Under the pieces are notes generated by a model, which saw only the letters and a program-made list of their open reading frames with translations, did no database searches and was not told the DNA's origin. From positions 2,231-66,230 of the forward strand of contig JAZRPZ010000112.1 of assembly GCA_045649485.1 (NCBI GenBank): DNA of 64,000 bases, given 5' to 3'. Made by a program: the position numbers and the translations under genes. Of the stretch, positions 18,410 through 27,208 are shown piece after piece. Source of the stretch: Clostridia bacterium (GTDB lineage: Bacteria > Bacillota > Clostridia > Christensenellales > Aristaeellaceae). Position 1 is the stretch's first letter. Every line of letters begins with the position of its first letter.

Positions 18410-18414
18410 AATCA

Positions 18415-18457
18415 GCCCTCATGAGGAGCAATCGACTCCCCATGAGGGCATTTGTAT
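18415..18457. terminator. Bidirectional terminator between rsgA and htpG
   Basis: Hairpin GCCCTCATGAGGAG-caatcga-CTCCCCATGAGGGC followed by TTTGTATTT. Confidence 0.7.
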
Positions 18458-20323
18458 TTACTTTACCAGCATGGTCAGCAGGGCGTTGGAACGCTTCAGG
18501 AATTCCATCATGCGCTCGGCAACGAGGGGCTGACGTGCCATTTCGGCCAGGTCTACTATCTGTCCGCAGACGGCGGTGCGGGTATCGCCTTCGGCAGCAT
18601 TCTTCAGCCATGCCACGATAGGATGCCTGTCATTCAGCACAAGGGTGCGCTTCTCGGGCAGCTGCAGGTCACTGCGGCCCCACTGACGGGACATCTCTGC
18701 AAAGCGGCGGTTTGCTTCGTCAACGGTGATCATGGATATCATATCATCGGACTTGAAGGGCTTCAGCTGCACGTCAAGCTGCTCATCGCCGGTAGCGGCG
18801 CGGAACATATCCTCGAGATTCTTGCGCTCATCGTCGCTTACCTCAGCGTTTTCGGTAAGATCGTCGGCAGCGGAGTCAACGCGCTTGAAGTGTATCTTCA
18901 TCTCATGCTCTGCATATTCCATGAAGGAGATGAAGTTATTATCCAGGAGGGTATCCAGCACAACTACATCCTTGCCCTGATCAACGTACATGGCGATCAT
19001 CTGTGCCTGACGCTTCTCATCGGAGGTATAGTATACAACGGGATCCTTGCCCTCGTCGCAGTTTGCGTTCTTATACTCTTCGATGGTCATATATTCGCCC
19101 TTGGAGGTCTTGAATATAATGGCCTTCTTCACGCGCTCGTAGAACTTCTCGTCCTTCAGGCAGCCGTACTTTACGAAGGGATGGATATCATCCCAGTACT
19201 TCTGATAATCTTCACGGCGGGTATTGAATTCGGTGATGAGCCTGTCTGCAACCTTACGGGTAATGTAGGCAGCCATCTTCTTCACGTAGCCGTCGTTCTG
19301 CAGGAAGGAACGGGATACATTCAGAGGCAGGTCGGGGCAATCGATAGCGCCCTTCAGCAGCATCAGGAATTCGGGAATTACTTCCTTGATGTTGTCTGCA
19401 ACGAACACCTGATTATTATAGAGCTTGATCACGCCCTCAGCCGCAGAGAATTCGTTCTTCAGCTTGGGGAAGTACAGTATGCCCTTCAGATTGAAGGGAT
19501 ATTCGGCGTTCAGATGTATCCAGAACAGGGGCTCATCGTAATCGCGGAATGCCTTGTGGTAGAATGCACGATACTCTTCATCAGTGACCTCGCTGGGCTT
19601 CTTCAGCCAGAGAGGATCGGTATCATTTATCTGAGCGGGCGCATTCTCTTCGGCTGTGTTCTCATCTTCGCCTTCCGCCTTTTCGGCTGCGGGCACATTT
19701 ACTTCGGAAACGAATACGGGCACGGGCATGAATCCGCAGTGCTTCTCCAGCACGCCGCGCAGAGTCCAGATATCAAGGAATTCCTTATTCTCATCGGTGA
19801 GATACAGCTTCATGGAAGAACCGCGCCGGGTACGGTCAGAAACTTCCATCTCATATTCCATGCCGTCTTCGCTTATCCAGCGGGCGGCTTCAGCGCCGTT
19901 TTTGTAGCTGAGCGTATCAATTACGACCTTGCTTGCCACCATAAAGGCAGAATAGAAACCAAGACCGAAATGACCGATGATGCCGCTGCCGTCATTATCG
20001 TCATTCTTATACTTGCTGAGGAAATCCTCCGCGCCGGAGAAAGCCACCTGCGCGATGTACTTCTTTACTTCCTCTGCAGTCATGCCGATGCCGTTATCGG
20101 TAAAGGTAAGGGTTCCCTCTTCCTTATCGATGATAACATCCACGCGGTAATCCTGGTCATTTTCAGCTTCGCCTACAGAAACAAGCCTCTTCAGCTTGGA
20201 AATAGCATCGCAGCCGTTGGAAACCAGCTCACGCACAAAGATATCCTTATCGGAATAGAGCCATTTCTTTATAACAGGCATTATATTCTGAGCATTTATG
20301 GAAATATTTCCTTTTTCAGCCAT
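18458..20323 (-). CDS. htpG: Molecular chaperone HtpG (Hsp90)
   Basis: GHKL N-box ELVSNGCDAISK and GHFGLGFYSAFMVA. Full-length Hsp90 layout. Start at MAEKG is preceded by AAAGGAGGAG. Confidence 0.95.
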   Translation of the reverse strand: MAEKGNISINAQNIMPVIKKWLYSDKDIFVRELVSNGCDAISKLKRLVSVGEAENDQDYRVDVIIDKEEGTLTFTDNGIGMTAEEVKKYIAQVAFSGAEDFLSKYKNDDNDGSGIIGHFGLGFYSAFMVASKVVIDTLSYKNGAEAARWISEDGMEYEMEVSDRTRRGSSMKLYLTDENKEFLDIWTLRGVLEKHCGFMPVPVFVSEVNVPAAEKAEGEDENTAEENAPAQINDTDPLWLKKPSEVTDEEYRAFYHKAFRDYDEPLFWIHLNAEYPFNLKGILYFPKLKNEFSAAEGVIKLYNNQVFVADNIKEVIPEFLMLLKGAIDCPDLPLNVSRSFLQNDGYVKKMAAYITRKVADRLITEFNTRREDYQKYWDDIHPFVKYGCLKDEKFYERVKKAIIFKTSKGEYMTIEEYKNANCDEGKDPVVYYTSDEKRQAQMIAMYVDQGKDVVVLDTLLDNNFISFMEYAEHEMKIHFKRVDSAADDLTENAEVSDDERKNLEDMFRAATGDEQLDVQLKPFKSDDMISMITVDEANRRFAEMSRQWGRSDLQLPEKRTLVLNDRHPIVAWLKNAAEGDTRTAVCGQIVDLAEMARQPLVAERMMEFLKRSNALLTMLVK

Positions 20324-20391
20324 TTGAGATTCTCCTCCTTTGATCAATACTGATTATTGTAGCCACTTTCCCGGTAAATGTCAAGAATATT

Positions 20392-20418
20392 TTAGCACTC
20401 TCACAAACCGAGTGCTAA
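20392..20418 (-). promoter_or_regulatory. CIRCE element (HrcA operator) upstream of htpG
   Basis: Exact match to the consensus TTAGCACTC-N9-GAGTGCTAA, located 69 nt upstream of the htpG start codon. Confidence 0.85.
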
Positions 20419-20461
20419 AATATATTCAACTCAGAATATTTAGAATTCTACCTGTGGTTGA

Positions 20462-20490
20462 TTGCAATTCATAAGAGAATATTGTATAAT
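20462..20490 (+). promoter_or_regulatory. Sigma-A-type promoter of the XRE tandem
   Basis: TTGCAA, 17-nt spacer, TATAAT (20485-90). Confidence 0.65.
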
Positions 20491-20522
20491 AATGTCAACG
20501 GCAAGAACGGAGGTAATGATAA

Positions 20523-20759
20523 ATGGCTGACACCGCTGTAATAGGCAAGGCGATCGCCCAGTTGAGGCGCGCAATGAAACTTACACAGCAGACTTTGGCG
20601 GCAAAGCTGTATGTTTCCCATCAGGCCGTTTCAAAATGGGAACACGGCGTCGCACTGCCCGATATAATGACGCTGTATTCCATGTGCAGACTGTTCGGCG
20701 TCACAATGGAACAGCTGATAACCAACGACATTTCCGACAGGCTTCAGGCCATTGCCTGA
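20523..20759 (+). CDS. Stand-alone XRE-family HTH protein (78 aa)
   Basis: HTH_3 pattern LTQQTLAAKLYVSHQAVSKWEHG. RBS GGAGGT. It is a paralog of the N-terminus of the next gene. Confidence 0.75.
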   Translation: MADTAVIGKAIAQLRRAMKLTQQTLAAKLYVSHQAVSKWEHGVALPDIMTLYSMCRLFGVTMEQLITNDISDRLQAIA

Positions 20760-20785
20760 CCGCCCGACATAAGGAGGAAAATAAA

Positions 20786-22564
20786 ATGATCGAAAATAAA
20801 GTAGTAGGTGCCGCAATCGCAAAGCTGCGTCAGGCAGAAGGCATGACGCAGCAGACCCTGGCCGCATGCCTGAACGTTTCCCATCAGGCTGTTTCCAAAT
20901 GGGAAAAGGGGGCTGCGCTGCCCGATGTTCTCACTTTGGTGGAGCTTTCCCGAATGTTCGGCGTTACTCTCGAGCAGCTGCTTTCCGGAGACGTTGACTT
21001 CCGCCTGGAAGGACGCGCACCCGCAGCAGCAAAGCCTATCGAACTGAAGCTGGACTACACCGATATCCACGCAAAGGCAGAAAAGGCCATCGAAGATGCG
21101 GAATTCGCCGCCGCAGAGGCTTACGAAGCTGCATATGAAGCCGCTGCCAAAGAAACCGCATCTGCCTACGAAACCGCATACGAAGCTGCCGAACATACCG
21201 AAGAACCCAAAGTCAATACCGAAGAAAAGATCGACCTCGATAAGGTGATCGAAATGGCGCCTTTCATGAGCCGCGAAGCGCTTGAGGAGATCGTAATGCG
21301 CTACAACGGCAAGTGCAGCCCCAAACAGCTTTCCAAACTGGCTCCCTTCCTCAGCAAAGATTGCCTTGAGAAACTGGTGATCAACTGCGAAAGCGATATC
21401 AGCTGGGATACTCTGCGCCGTCTGGCTCCCTTCCTTCGCAAGGAATTTGTTGATGCCTTTACCACCGCAGCCGCAAAGGGTGAAAAATACACCGGCGAAC
21501 TGGGCAAGCATCTTAAGCACGGCATAAAGAGGGTCTACAATATCGGCGATCAGATCTATCACGACGCCATCAAGCCTGCCATCAAGAAAGTCATAGAGCC
21601 TGAGAAGCATGGCCGTCACAGCCGCAAGGCCGAGTCCGCCCCCTCACCCGCACCCGTGAACCGCGTATCCGCTGCCCGCAGCCGCATTTTCGAGCGCGCA
21701 CTTGCCGAAGAAAAGTTCGATTGGATCGGCGAGCACATCGATCAGCTGGATGACGATGCACTCAGGCAGAGGATCGCATCCCGCGCACTCGAACTCGGCA
21801 TGAACGACTGGATCGCAGAATATCTGCCCGGATGCTGCGATCAGGAAGCCATCGACAATGCAATACTTTCCGGCAACTGGGATTTCGTAGCCGCCAATAT
21901 CGAGTCCGCCGACGAGGACGCACTGGCCCTCATCGCCGACACTGCCGCAGCAGAAGGCAAGTGGGACTGGATCGCCGAAAACATCGACCACATAGCCGGA
22001 TGTGCTGACGCCAGAGAAGCCGTAATCGGCCATGCACTGAAGAGCGCTGATCGGAACTGGGTGCTCGAGAATCTGGAGCCTATGGCCTGGCTGGGCACGA
22101 ATTTGGGCTCTCTTGAACTCACCGAGGCTGACCGCGCTTTTATCGCTACAAAGATCGTCAAATCCGGTAGCTCGGACAGCTGGGGCTGGCTTAATGTTCA
22201 TTTTGACGAGCTGGACGGCGAATGGGCAGACCTCTCCTGTGCCGAAAATGCCTACAATGCCAAACATATGCAACTGGCCATGTCCATCATCGAAAATCAT
22301 CTGGACGGCACCGACCTTACAAGTCTCATGCTCATCGCCATCGAAGCAGGCGATATTGCCTTTGCCGAAGAGATAATGGAATATAACAGCGGCGACCTGA
22401 GTCAGGTATGCCTCACTCTCGCCAATTCAGGCAATCTGGAAAAGGCCATCGACATCGCCGAGGAATATGGCGCAGACAGTGATACCGTTTCAGCACTGCT
22501 CGATATCGCTGCCAATCAGGATAACTGGGATCTTATTGACCGCATAAATGACCTGATCGACTGA
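20786..22564 (+). CDS. XRE-family HTH fused to an Ala/Glu-rich linker and a large alpha-helical repeat domain
   Basis: N-terminus MTQQTLAACLNVSHQAVSKWEKG. The motif (L/M)APF(L/M)S(K/R)(D/E)xLE occurs three times. About 30-aa W-D-W-I/..N-I-D-type repeats occur at least 6 times. Start at ATG 20786 is preceded by AAGGAGG. Confidence 0.75.
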   Translation: MIENKVVGAAIAKLRQAEGMTQQTLAACLNVSHQAVSKWEKGAALPDVLTLVELSRMFGVTLEQLLSGDVDFRLEGRAPAAAKPIELKLDYTDIHAKAEKAIEDAEFAAAEAYEAAYEAAAKETASAYETAYEAAEHTEEPKVNTEEKIDLDKVIEMAPFMSREALEEIVMRYNGKCSPKQLSKLAPFLSKDCLEKLVINCESDISWDTLRRLAPFLRKEFVDAFTTAAAKGEKYTGELGKHLKHGIKRVYNIGDQIYHDAIKPAIKKVIEPEKHGRHSRKAESAPSPAPVNRVSAARSRIFERALAEEKFDWIGEHIDQLDDDALRQRIASRALELGMNDWIAEYLPGCCDQEAIDNAILSGNWDFVAANIESADEDALALIADTAAAEGKWDWIAENIDHIAGCADAREAVIGHALKSADRNWVLENLEPMAWLGTNLGSLELTEADRAFIATKIVKSGSSDSWGWLNVHFDELDGEWADLSCAENAYNAKHMQLAMSIIENHLDGTDLTSLMLIAIEAGDIAFAEEIMEYNSGDLSQVCLTLANSGNLEKAIDIAEEYGADSDTVSALLDIAANQDNWDLIDRINDLID

Positions 22565-22575
22565 TATATTCACCC

Positions 22576-22610
22576 GCCCTCTCACAATAAGTGAGGGGGC
22601 TTTTTCGTTT
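22576..22610 (+). terminator. Intrinsic terminator
   Basis: Hairpin GCCCTCTCAC-aataa-GTGAGGGGGC followed by TTTTT. Confidence 0.8.
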
Positions 22611-22615
22611 TTCAC

Positions 22616-22644
22616 TTGCCCCGAGACGTACACCGTGGTAAAAT
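22616..22644 (+). promoter_or_regulatory. Sigma-A-type promoter with extended -10
   Basis: TTGCCC, 17-nt spacer ending in TGg, then TAAAAT. Confidence 0.55.
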
Positions 22645-22678
22645 ATATATTAACCAATAAAATCTCAGGAGGGTTCAT

Positions 22679-23233
22679 ATGAAAAAGACACTACTGATCA
22701 TACTCATGCTCGCATTATCCATCACCGCCGCATGTGCCGAAGCAACCTTTACTTTCCGCAACGGCATTGTCTGGGGAATGTCCGCTGCCGACGTAACCGC
22801 TGCCGAGGGCCGCGAGTGCGACATCGAATATCCCTTTGACGAAGAAAAGTCCCTGCTGTTCTTCGAGAATACCACCGTCAGCAAATACACCTCCGACATG
22901 CAGTTCCTGTTCTGGGGTGACCAGCTCAGGCTCGTTGTCTACGATTTCTATGGCTATTCCGCCACTGACGCAGACGGCTTTACCTACCTCCTCGGCGCTA
23001 TGGATTCCTCCTACGGCGCTTCCACAGCAGCCGACCCTGCCGAGATAGCCAGCGTACTGAATAATGTTGTTCCGGAGCTTTACCTCGCCGAGGAACTGAC
23101 CGACTGCCACGTCTGGCAGCTGACAGACGCCACCATATACATGTTCCGCTACCCCGGCGATTCCTTTGCCATCGTGTACACTGACAGCGCCTTCTTCGAG
23201 CCCGTCGTCGGCTTCGATGTAAGCGGCCTGTAA
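22679..23233 (+). CDS. Secreted/lipoprotein-like hypothetical protein
   Basis: Signal peptide MKKTLLIILMLALSITAACAEA with a Cys in a lipobox-like position. RBS AGGAGGG. Confidence 0.6.
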   Translation: MKKTLLIILMLALSITAACAEATFTFRNGIVWGMSAADVTAAEGRECDIEYPFDEEKSLLFFENTTVSKYTSDMQFLFWGDQLRLVVYDFYGYSATDADGFTYLLGAMDSSYGASTAADPAEIASVLNNVVPELYLAEELTDCHVWQLTDATIYMFRYPGDSFAIVYTDSAFFEPVVGFDVSGL

Positions 23234-23253
23234 GCCATTCAGGAGGTATAAAA

Positions 23254-25302
23254 ATGAGCAACAAATTCAGAATCACACTCATCATCGCCGCGATCTTGCT
23301 GATGCTGCTCACCGGCGCAGCTTTCGCGGAGCAGTCCGGCGACTGGACCTATGAACTCACTCCCTCCGGACTCACCATCACCGCATATACCGGCTCTGCT
23401 GCAGAAGTAATCATCCCCGATGAGCTGGACGGCTATCTGGTAACCAACATCGGCCGCCATGCCTTCAAAGAAAACTACAATCTGCAGTCCGTTACGATCC
23501 CTGTAGGCGTATCCTCCATACAGGCTGAAGCCTTCTACGGCTGCTCTGCACTGGCCACCATAAACTTCAACGCACGCGACTGCATCGTCCCCGAGATCTG
23601 GAGCCACGATAACAACAGGGGCGTCGGCGTATTCGCAGGCGCAGGCTCCGCTTCTCCCACCGGCCTTACCGTTGTATTCGGACCCGAAGTCACCAAAGTA
23701 CCCGATTGGCTGTTTGCAACCGCCAGCATGCCCAGCGGCAACGGTCACACCGGCTATCCCTTCTGCTATGTTACCAATGTTCAGCTTTCCGATTCCGTAA
23801 AGTCCATCGGCAATTACGCATTCCGCAACTGTCAGCATCTGCGTGAAGTTACCTTCGCGGGTAATGTATCTACTATCGGCGATTATGCGTTCGAAAGCTG
23901 CACCGCTCTTACCGGAATCACCCTCACCGATTCCGTAGCTTTCATAAACAACGCCGCATTCATCAATTGTACCGCTCTGGAGACCGTCGTCTTCGGCAAT
24001 GGTCTTGATTCCATCGGCGCACAGGCTTTCTCCGGCTGCACCTCTCTTACCGCCGCAGATATTCCCTTCCCCGCCAGCACCGTCGGCGTAGAAGCTTTTG
24101 CCAACTGTACTGCGCTGCAGACCGTAACTCTGCCCACCAGCCTTACCAAGCTGGGCGCCGAGGCCTTCTACGGCTGCGTAAAACTGAATACTGTAAACGT
24201 CAATTCCCTGAACCTCACCGTTCCCGAGATCTGGAGCCACGATGACAACAAAGGCGTTGGCGTATTTGCCGGCGCAGGTTCCTCCTCTCCCACCGGTCTC
24301 ACCGTCGTCTTCGGCGAAGGCGTGACCCGCGTTCCTTCCTGGATGTTTGCTTCTGCCAGCATGCCCAGCGGCAACGGTCACACCGGCTACCCCTTCTGCT
24401 ATGTCACCAACATTGTACTGTCTGATTCTGTAGAAGTCATTGGTGAATATGCATTCCGCAACTGCCAGAAGCTTGGCGGCGTTACCATGGGCGCAGGCGT
24501 TACCACTATCGAGACCGGCGCATTCCAGAGCTGTATTGCTCTTGATTCCCTTACTGCCGGCAACGCTCTGGCATACATCCAGGATTACGCATTCCTGGAC
24601 TGCACTGCCCTTGAGAAGATCACCTGGGGCAGCGGCCTTGATTCCATCGGCTACCGTGCTTTCTGGAATTGCTCCTCCATTACCGAACTCGTGCTGCCCA
24701 ATCCCATGACCACTCTGGGCACCGGCGCATTCGGCTATTGCTCCGCTCTGCAGAGCGTCACTCTTCCCGAAAGCCTTACCTGGCTTGGCGGCGAAGCATT
24801 CCGCGGCTGCGTAAAGCTTTCCGCAATCACCATCAATTCCGTAAATCTCTCCGCAAGCGAAGTATGGTCTCATGCTGACGACCGCGGCGGCGGAATATTC
24901 TCCGAAGCAGGCGCTTCTTCTCCCGCCGGTCTCAACGTCGTATTCGGTCCCAATGTTACCAGAATACCCGCATGGCTGTTCGATACTGCCAGCATCCCCG
25001 GCCAAAACGGACACAGCGGTTATCCCTATGCATACATAACCTCCGTCGTTATCCCCGCATCTGTTACCGAGATCGGCTCCGGAGCTTTCCGCAGCTGTCA
25101 GAACCTTGGTCAGGTAATCATCGAAGGTGTTGACGTCGTCTTCGGCGATGATGTTTTCGCCGGATGCACTGCCTCCGGATTCTCCGTACAGTGTCCCGTC
25201 GGCGGCGAGACCGCAGCATGGCTCGCTCAGGCAGAGCTTCCCTTCACCACGACCGGTGTTGCAGCCCCCGCTAAGCCCAAGACCTCTCTCTTCTTCCGTT
25301 AA
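23254..25302 (+). CDS. Secreted BspA-type leucine-rich repeat protein
   Basis: Signal peptide followed by repeated IxxxAFxxCxxL LRR_5-like units. Three 211-aa super-repeats. Confidence 0.8.
   Translation: MSNKFRITLIIAAILLMLLTGAAFAEQSGDWTYELTPSGLTITAYTGSAAEVIIPDELDGYLVTNIGRHAFKENYNLQSVTIPVGVSSIQAEAFYGCSALATINFNARDCIVPEIWSHDNNRGVGVFAGAGSASPTGLTVVFGPEVTKVPDWLFATASMPSGNGHTGYPFCYVTNVQLSDSVKSIGNYAFRNCQHLREVTFAGNVSTIGDYAFESCTALTGITLTDSVAFINNAAFINCTALETVVFGNGLDSIGAQAFSGCTSLTAADIPFPASTVGVEAFANCTALQTVTLPTSLTKLGAEAFYGCVKLNTVNVNSLNLTVPEIWSHDDNKGVGVFAGAGSSSPTGLTVVFGEGVTRVPSWMFASASMPSGNGHTGYPFCYVTNIVLSDSVEVIGEYAFRNCQKLGGVTMGAGVTTIETGAFQSCIALDSLTAGNALAYIQDYAFLDCTALEKITWGSGLDSIGYRAFWNCSSITELVLPNPMTTLGTGAFGYCSALQSVTLPESLTWLGGEAFRGCVKLSAITINSVNLSASEVWSHADDRGGGIFSEAGASSPAGLNVVFGPNVTRIPAWLFDTASIPGQNGHSGYPYAYITSVVIPASVTEIGSGAFRSCQNLGQVIIEGVDVVFGDDVFAGCTASGFSVQCPVGGETAAWLAQAELPFTTTGVAAPAKPKTSLFFR
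23482..25180 (+). repeat. In-frame tandem triplication (633-bp period) inside the LRR gene
   Basis: Units start at 23482, 24115 and 24748, each opening with the CTGCAG codons of LQ(S/T)VT. Long shared stretches such as ATGCCCAGCGGCAACGGTCACACCGGCTA. Confidence 0.8.
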
Positions 25303-25344
25303 TGCATCAAGGATTGCAGATAAATTCTTTCATGCAATAACATC

Positions 25345-25380
25345 AACTCCGTCGCTTTGCAAAAGGCGGCGGAGTTTTTC
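25345..25380 (+). terminator. Intrinsic terminator of the LRR gene
   Basis: Hairpin AACTCCGTCGC-N10-GCGGCGGAGTT followed by TTT. Confidence 0.7.
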
Positions 25381-25543
25381 CGTTTGCCCCACTGCATAAA
25401 TGACCCGATGCACCTGACTTCTCACAGGGCCGCATGATAACTCATACAGCGGCTCAGCATACACGAAGCATATTCTGCCTGCCTCCGGGTAATTTTAACC
25501 GCGACGCATACTTGGCTGTGCATTATGCACACAATTTCCCTTA

Positions 25544-25572
25544 TTGAATCCTTGTTCTTCATATGATATAAT
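25544..25572 (+). promoter_or_regulatory. Sigma-A-type promoter of the yybS-rplI-dnaB unit
   Basis: TTGAAT, 17-nt spacer, TATAAT. Confidence 0.65.
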
Positions 25573-25615
25573 AAATTAGTAATTCTATACCCCTTCCCGG
25601 AGAAAGGAGCCCCAA

Positions 25616-26728
25616 TTGACCCGACCAGAGATACCCATATATACCACATCCCGCAAACTTGCCGGCGTTGCCATAGCAGTTGGCGCAGCAATCGCCACGC
25701 CATTTCTGGCAGGCTTCTGCACCACGCTGATATTCCCCACTCTGGTATGCGTGCTTATGTATGCATTCGGCGGAATGATACCCGCAGCAGCCGCAATGAT
25801 AACGCAGGTATTGGCTTTCGGTCTGCTGGGCGGCACTCCCGGCGGCGTTATAGCTGCATTGGCGATTGTACTTCCCTCCGCATACACGATCCGCAATCTG
25901 CGCTGGCGTATCCCCTTCTTCAAACTGCTCAGCAATACCGTTGCAGCCCAGGCTTTGGGCATCGTGGCTGCACTTGCAGCGGCGCGCGTATACTTCGGGG
26001 CTGATATAATCGGCCAGATAGCACAGCTCTTCCGCGTTACCGTTGAAACATTCCTCACTCCCGGCAGTATCGATTATATTCTGGATATTGTGTTCAGCAT
26101 AGAAGCAGTACCCGACATGCTCACCACCGAACAGCTTATGGACGGCGTACTCGACGCAGCCCTGCGTGCAGAATATCTGGATGCATTCACCACTCAGCTT
26201 TCGGCAACCCTCAGACTGACATTGCCCGGAATGCTTCTCTCCGCAAGTCTGCTCACCGGCGTGCTTTCAGCGGCATGGCCTGCCAAGATCATAGACCGCA
26301 GGATCAACATCGACGGCGCATATGTAAAGATGGCTCGCTGGTACACTCCCTGGCAGGTATCGCTCGGTCTGCTTGGCACCTGGGTTCTCACCTGGCTGCT
26401 GCAGGTACTGGGAATAAAGGGCGGCGACGTGCTCTATCTCACGCTGCAGTCCCTGCTGCTTATGATGTTCCGCATACAGGCAGCCATTTCTCTTGAACGA
26501 AGGTTCACCCGCCGCAATATGCAGCCCGCACTGCGCGTTCTGTTCATAATCGGAATAATGCTGCTCATGCCTTCGGTGGCTGTAATGTATTACGGCGCAT
26601 TCTCCGCTCTTTTCGGCACAACGGGTGCAATGCTGCAGATACGCATACTGCGCGCTAAAAACGATCCCAACAACCCCAACAACGACGAAAACAACAACTT
26701 TTTCAACAATGATCAGGAGGACAAATAA
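25616..26728 (+). CDS. Polytopic membrane protein, YybS/DUF2232-like
   Basis: Multiple TM segments. Its position immediately upstream of rplI-dnaB matches B. subtilis yybS. TTG start is preceded by AAAGGAG. Confidence 0.6.
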   Translation: MTRPEIPIYTTSRKLAGVAIAVGAAIATPFLAGFCTTLIFPTLVCVLMYAFGGMIPAAAAMITQVLAFGLLGGTPGGVIAALAIVLPSAYTIRNLRWRIPFFKLLSNTVAAQALGIVAALAAARVYFGADIIGQIAQLFRVTVETFLTPGSIDYILDIVFSIEAVPDMLTTEQLMDGVLDAALRAEYLDAFTTQLSATLRLTLPGMLLSASLLTGVLSAAWPAKIIDRRINIDGAYVKMARWYTPWQVSLGLLGTWVLTWLLQVLGIKGGDVLYLTLQSLLLMMFRIQAAISLERRFTRRNMQPALRVLFIIGIMLLMPSVAVMYYGAFSALFGTTGAMLQIRILRAKNDPNNPNNDENNNFFNNDQEDK

Positions 26729-27181
26729 ATGAAAGTTATTCTTTTGAAGGACATAAAGGGCAGCGGCAAGAAGGATCAGATCATCGAAGTTTCCGAAGGC
26801 TACGCCCGCAACTATCTGCTGCCCCGCAAGCTGGCCAAGGAAGCCACCAGCGAAGCTGTAAACGCTATCTCCACCTCTCAGGCTGCCGCTAAGCATCGCG
26901 ACGAGGTACGCAAGCTGGAAGCCGAAGCAAAGGCAAAGGAACTCAAGGGCAAGGTCATCAAGCTGGTCGTAAAGGGCGGCGCAGGCGGAAAGCTCTACGG
27001 CGCAGTCACCAATGACGCGATCGCACAGGCCCTCAAAGAGCAGTACGGCATCGACATCGACAAGCGCAAGTTCGAGCCCGAATCCCCCATCAAGACCGCA
27101 GGTCAGACTCTGTGCGTCGTACGTCTCTCTGCAGGCGTTTCCACCCGCATGATCATCAACGTGGTCGTAGAGGAAAAGTAA
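26729..27181 (+). CDS. rplI: 50S ribosomal protein L9
   Basis: N-terminus MKVILLKDIKGSGKKDQIIEVSEGYARNYLLP is typical of L9. Confidence 0.95.
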   Translation: MKVILLKDIKGSGKKDQIIEVSEGYARNYLLPRKLAKEATSEAVNAISTSQAAAKHRDEVRKLEAEAKAKELKGKVIKLVVKGGAGGKLYGAVTNDAIAQALKEQYGIDIDKRKFEPESPIKTAGQTLCVVRLSAGVSTRMIINVVVEEK

Positions 27182-27208
27182 GTCAATATAGAGGTAAAGC
27201 AAGTCGAT

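Noticed and set aside
18452-20353. 633-aa plus-strand ORF opposite htpG
   Set aside because: The full Hsp90 motif set is on the minus strand, so this is an antisense shadow ORF.
20636-20785. 50-codon N-terminal extension of the long XRE gene, overlapping the short XRE gene
   Set aside because: ATG 20786 has a perfect AAGGAGG, and the paralog alignment starts there. The extension is the out-of-frame tail of the upstream gene.
23239-25014. 591-aa minus-strand ORF opposite the LRR gene
   Set aside because: The plus-strand gene has an RBS, a signal peptide and LRR periodicity. The minus ORF is Gly/Ala-rich noise.
25422-25703. 93-aa minus-strand ORF in the LRR/yybS intergenic region
   Set aside because: It has no RBS, spans the yybS promoter and start, and is Cys/Trp-rich random-looking sequence.
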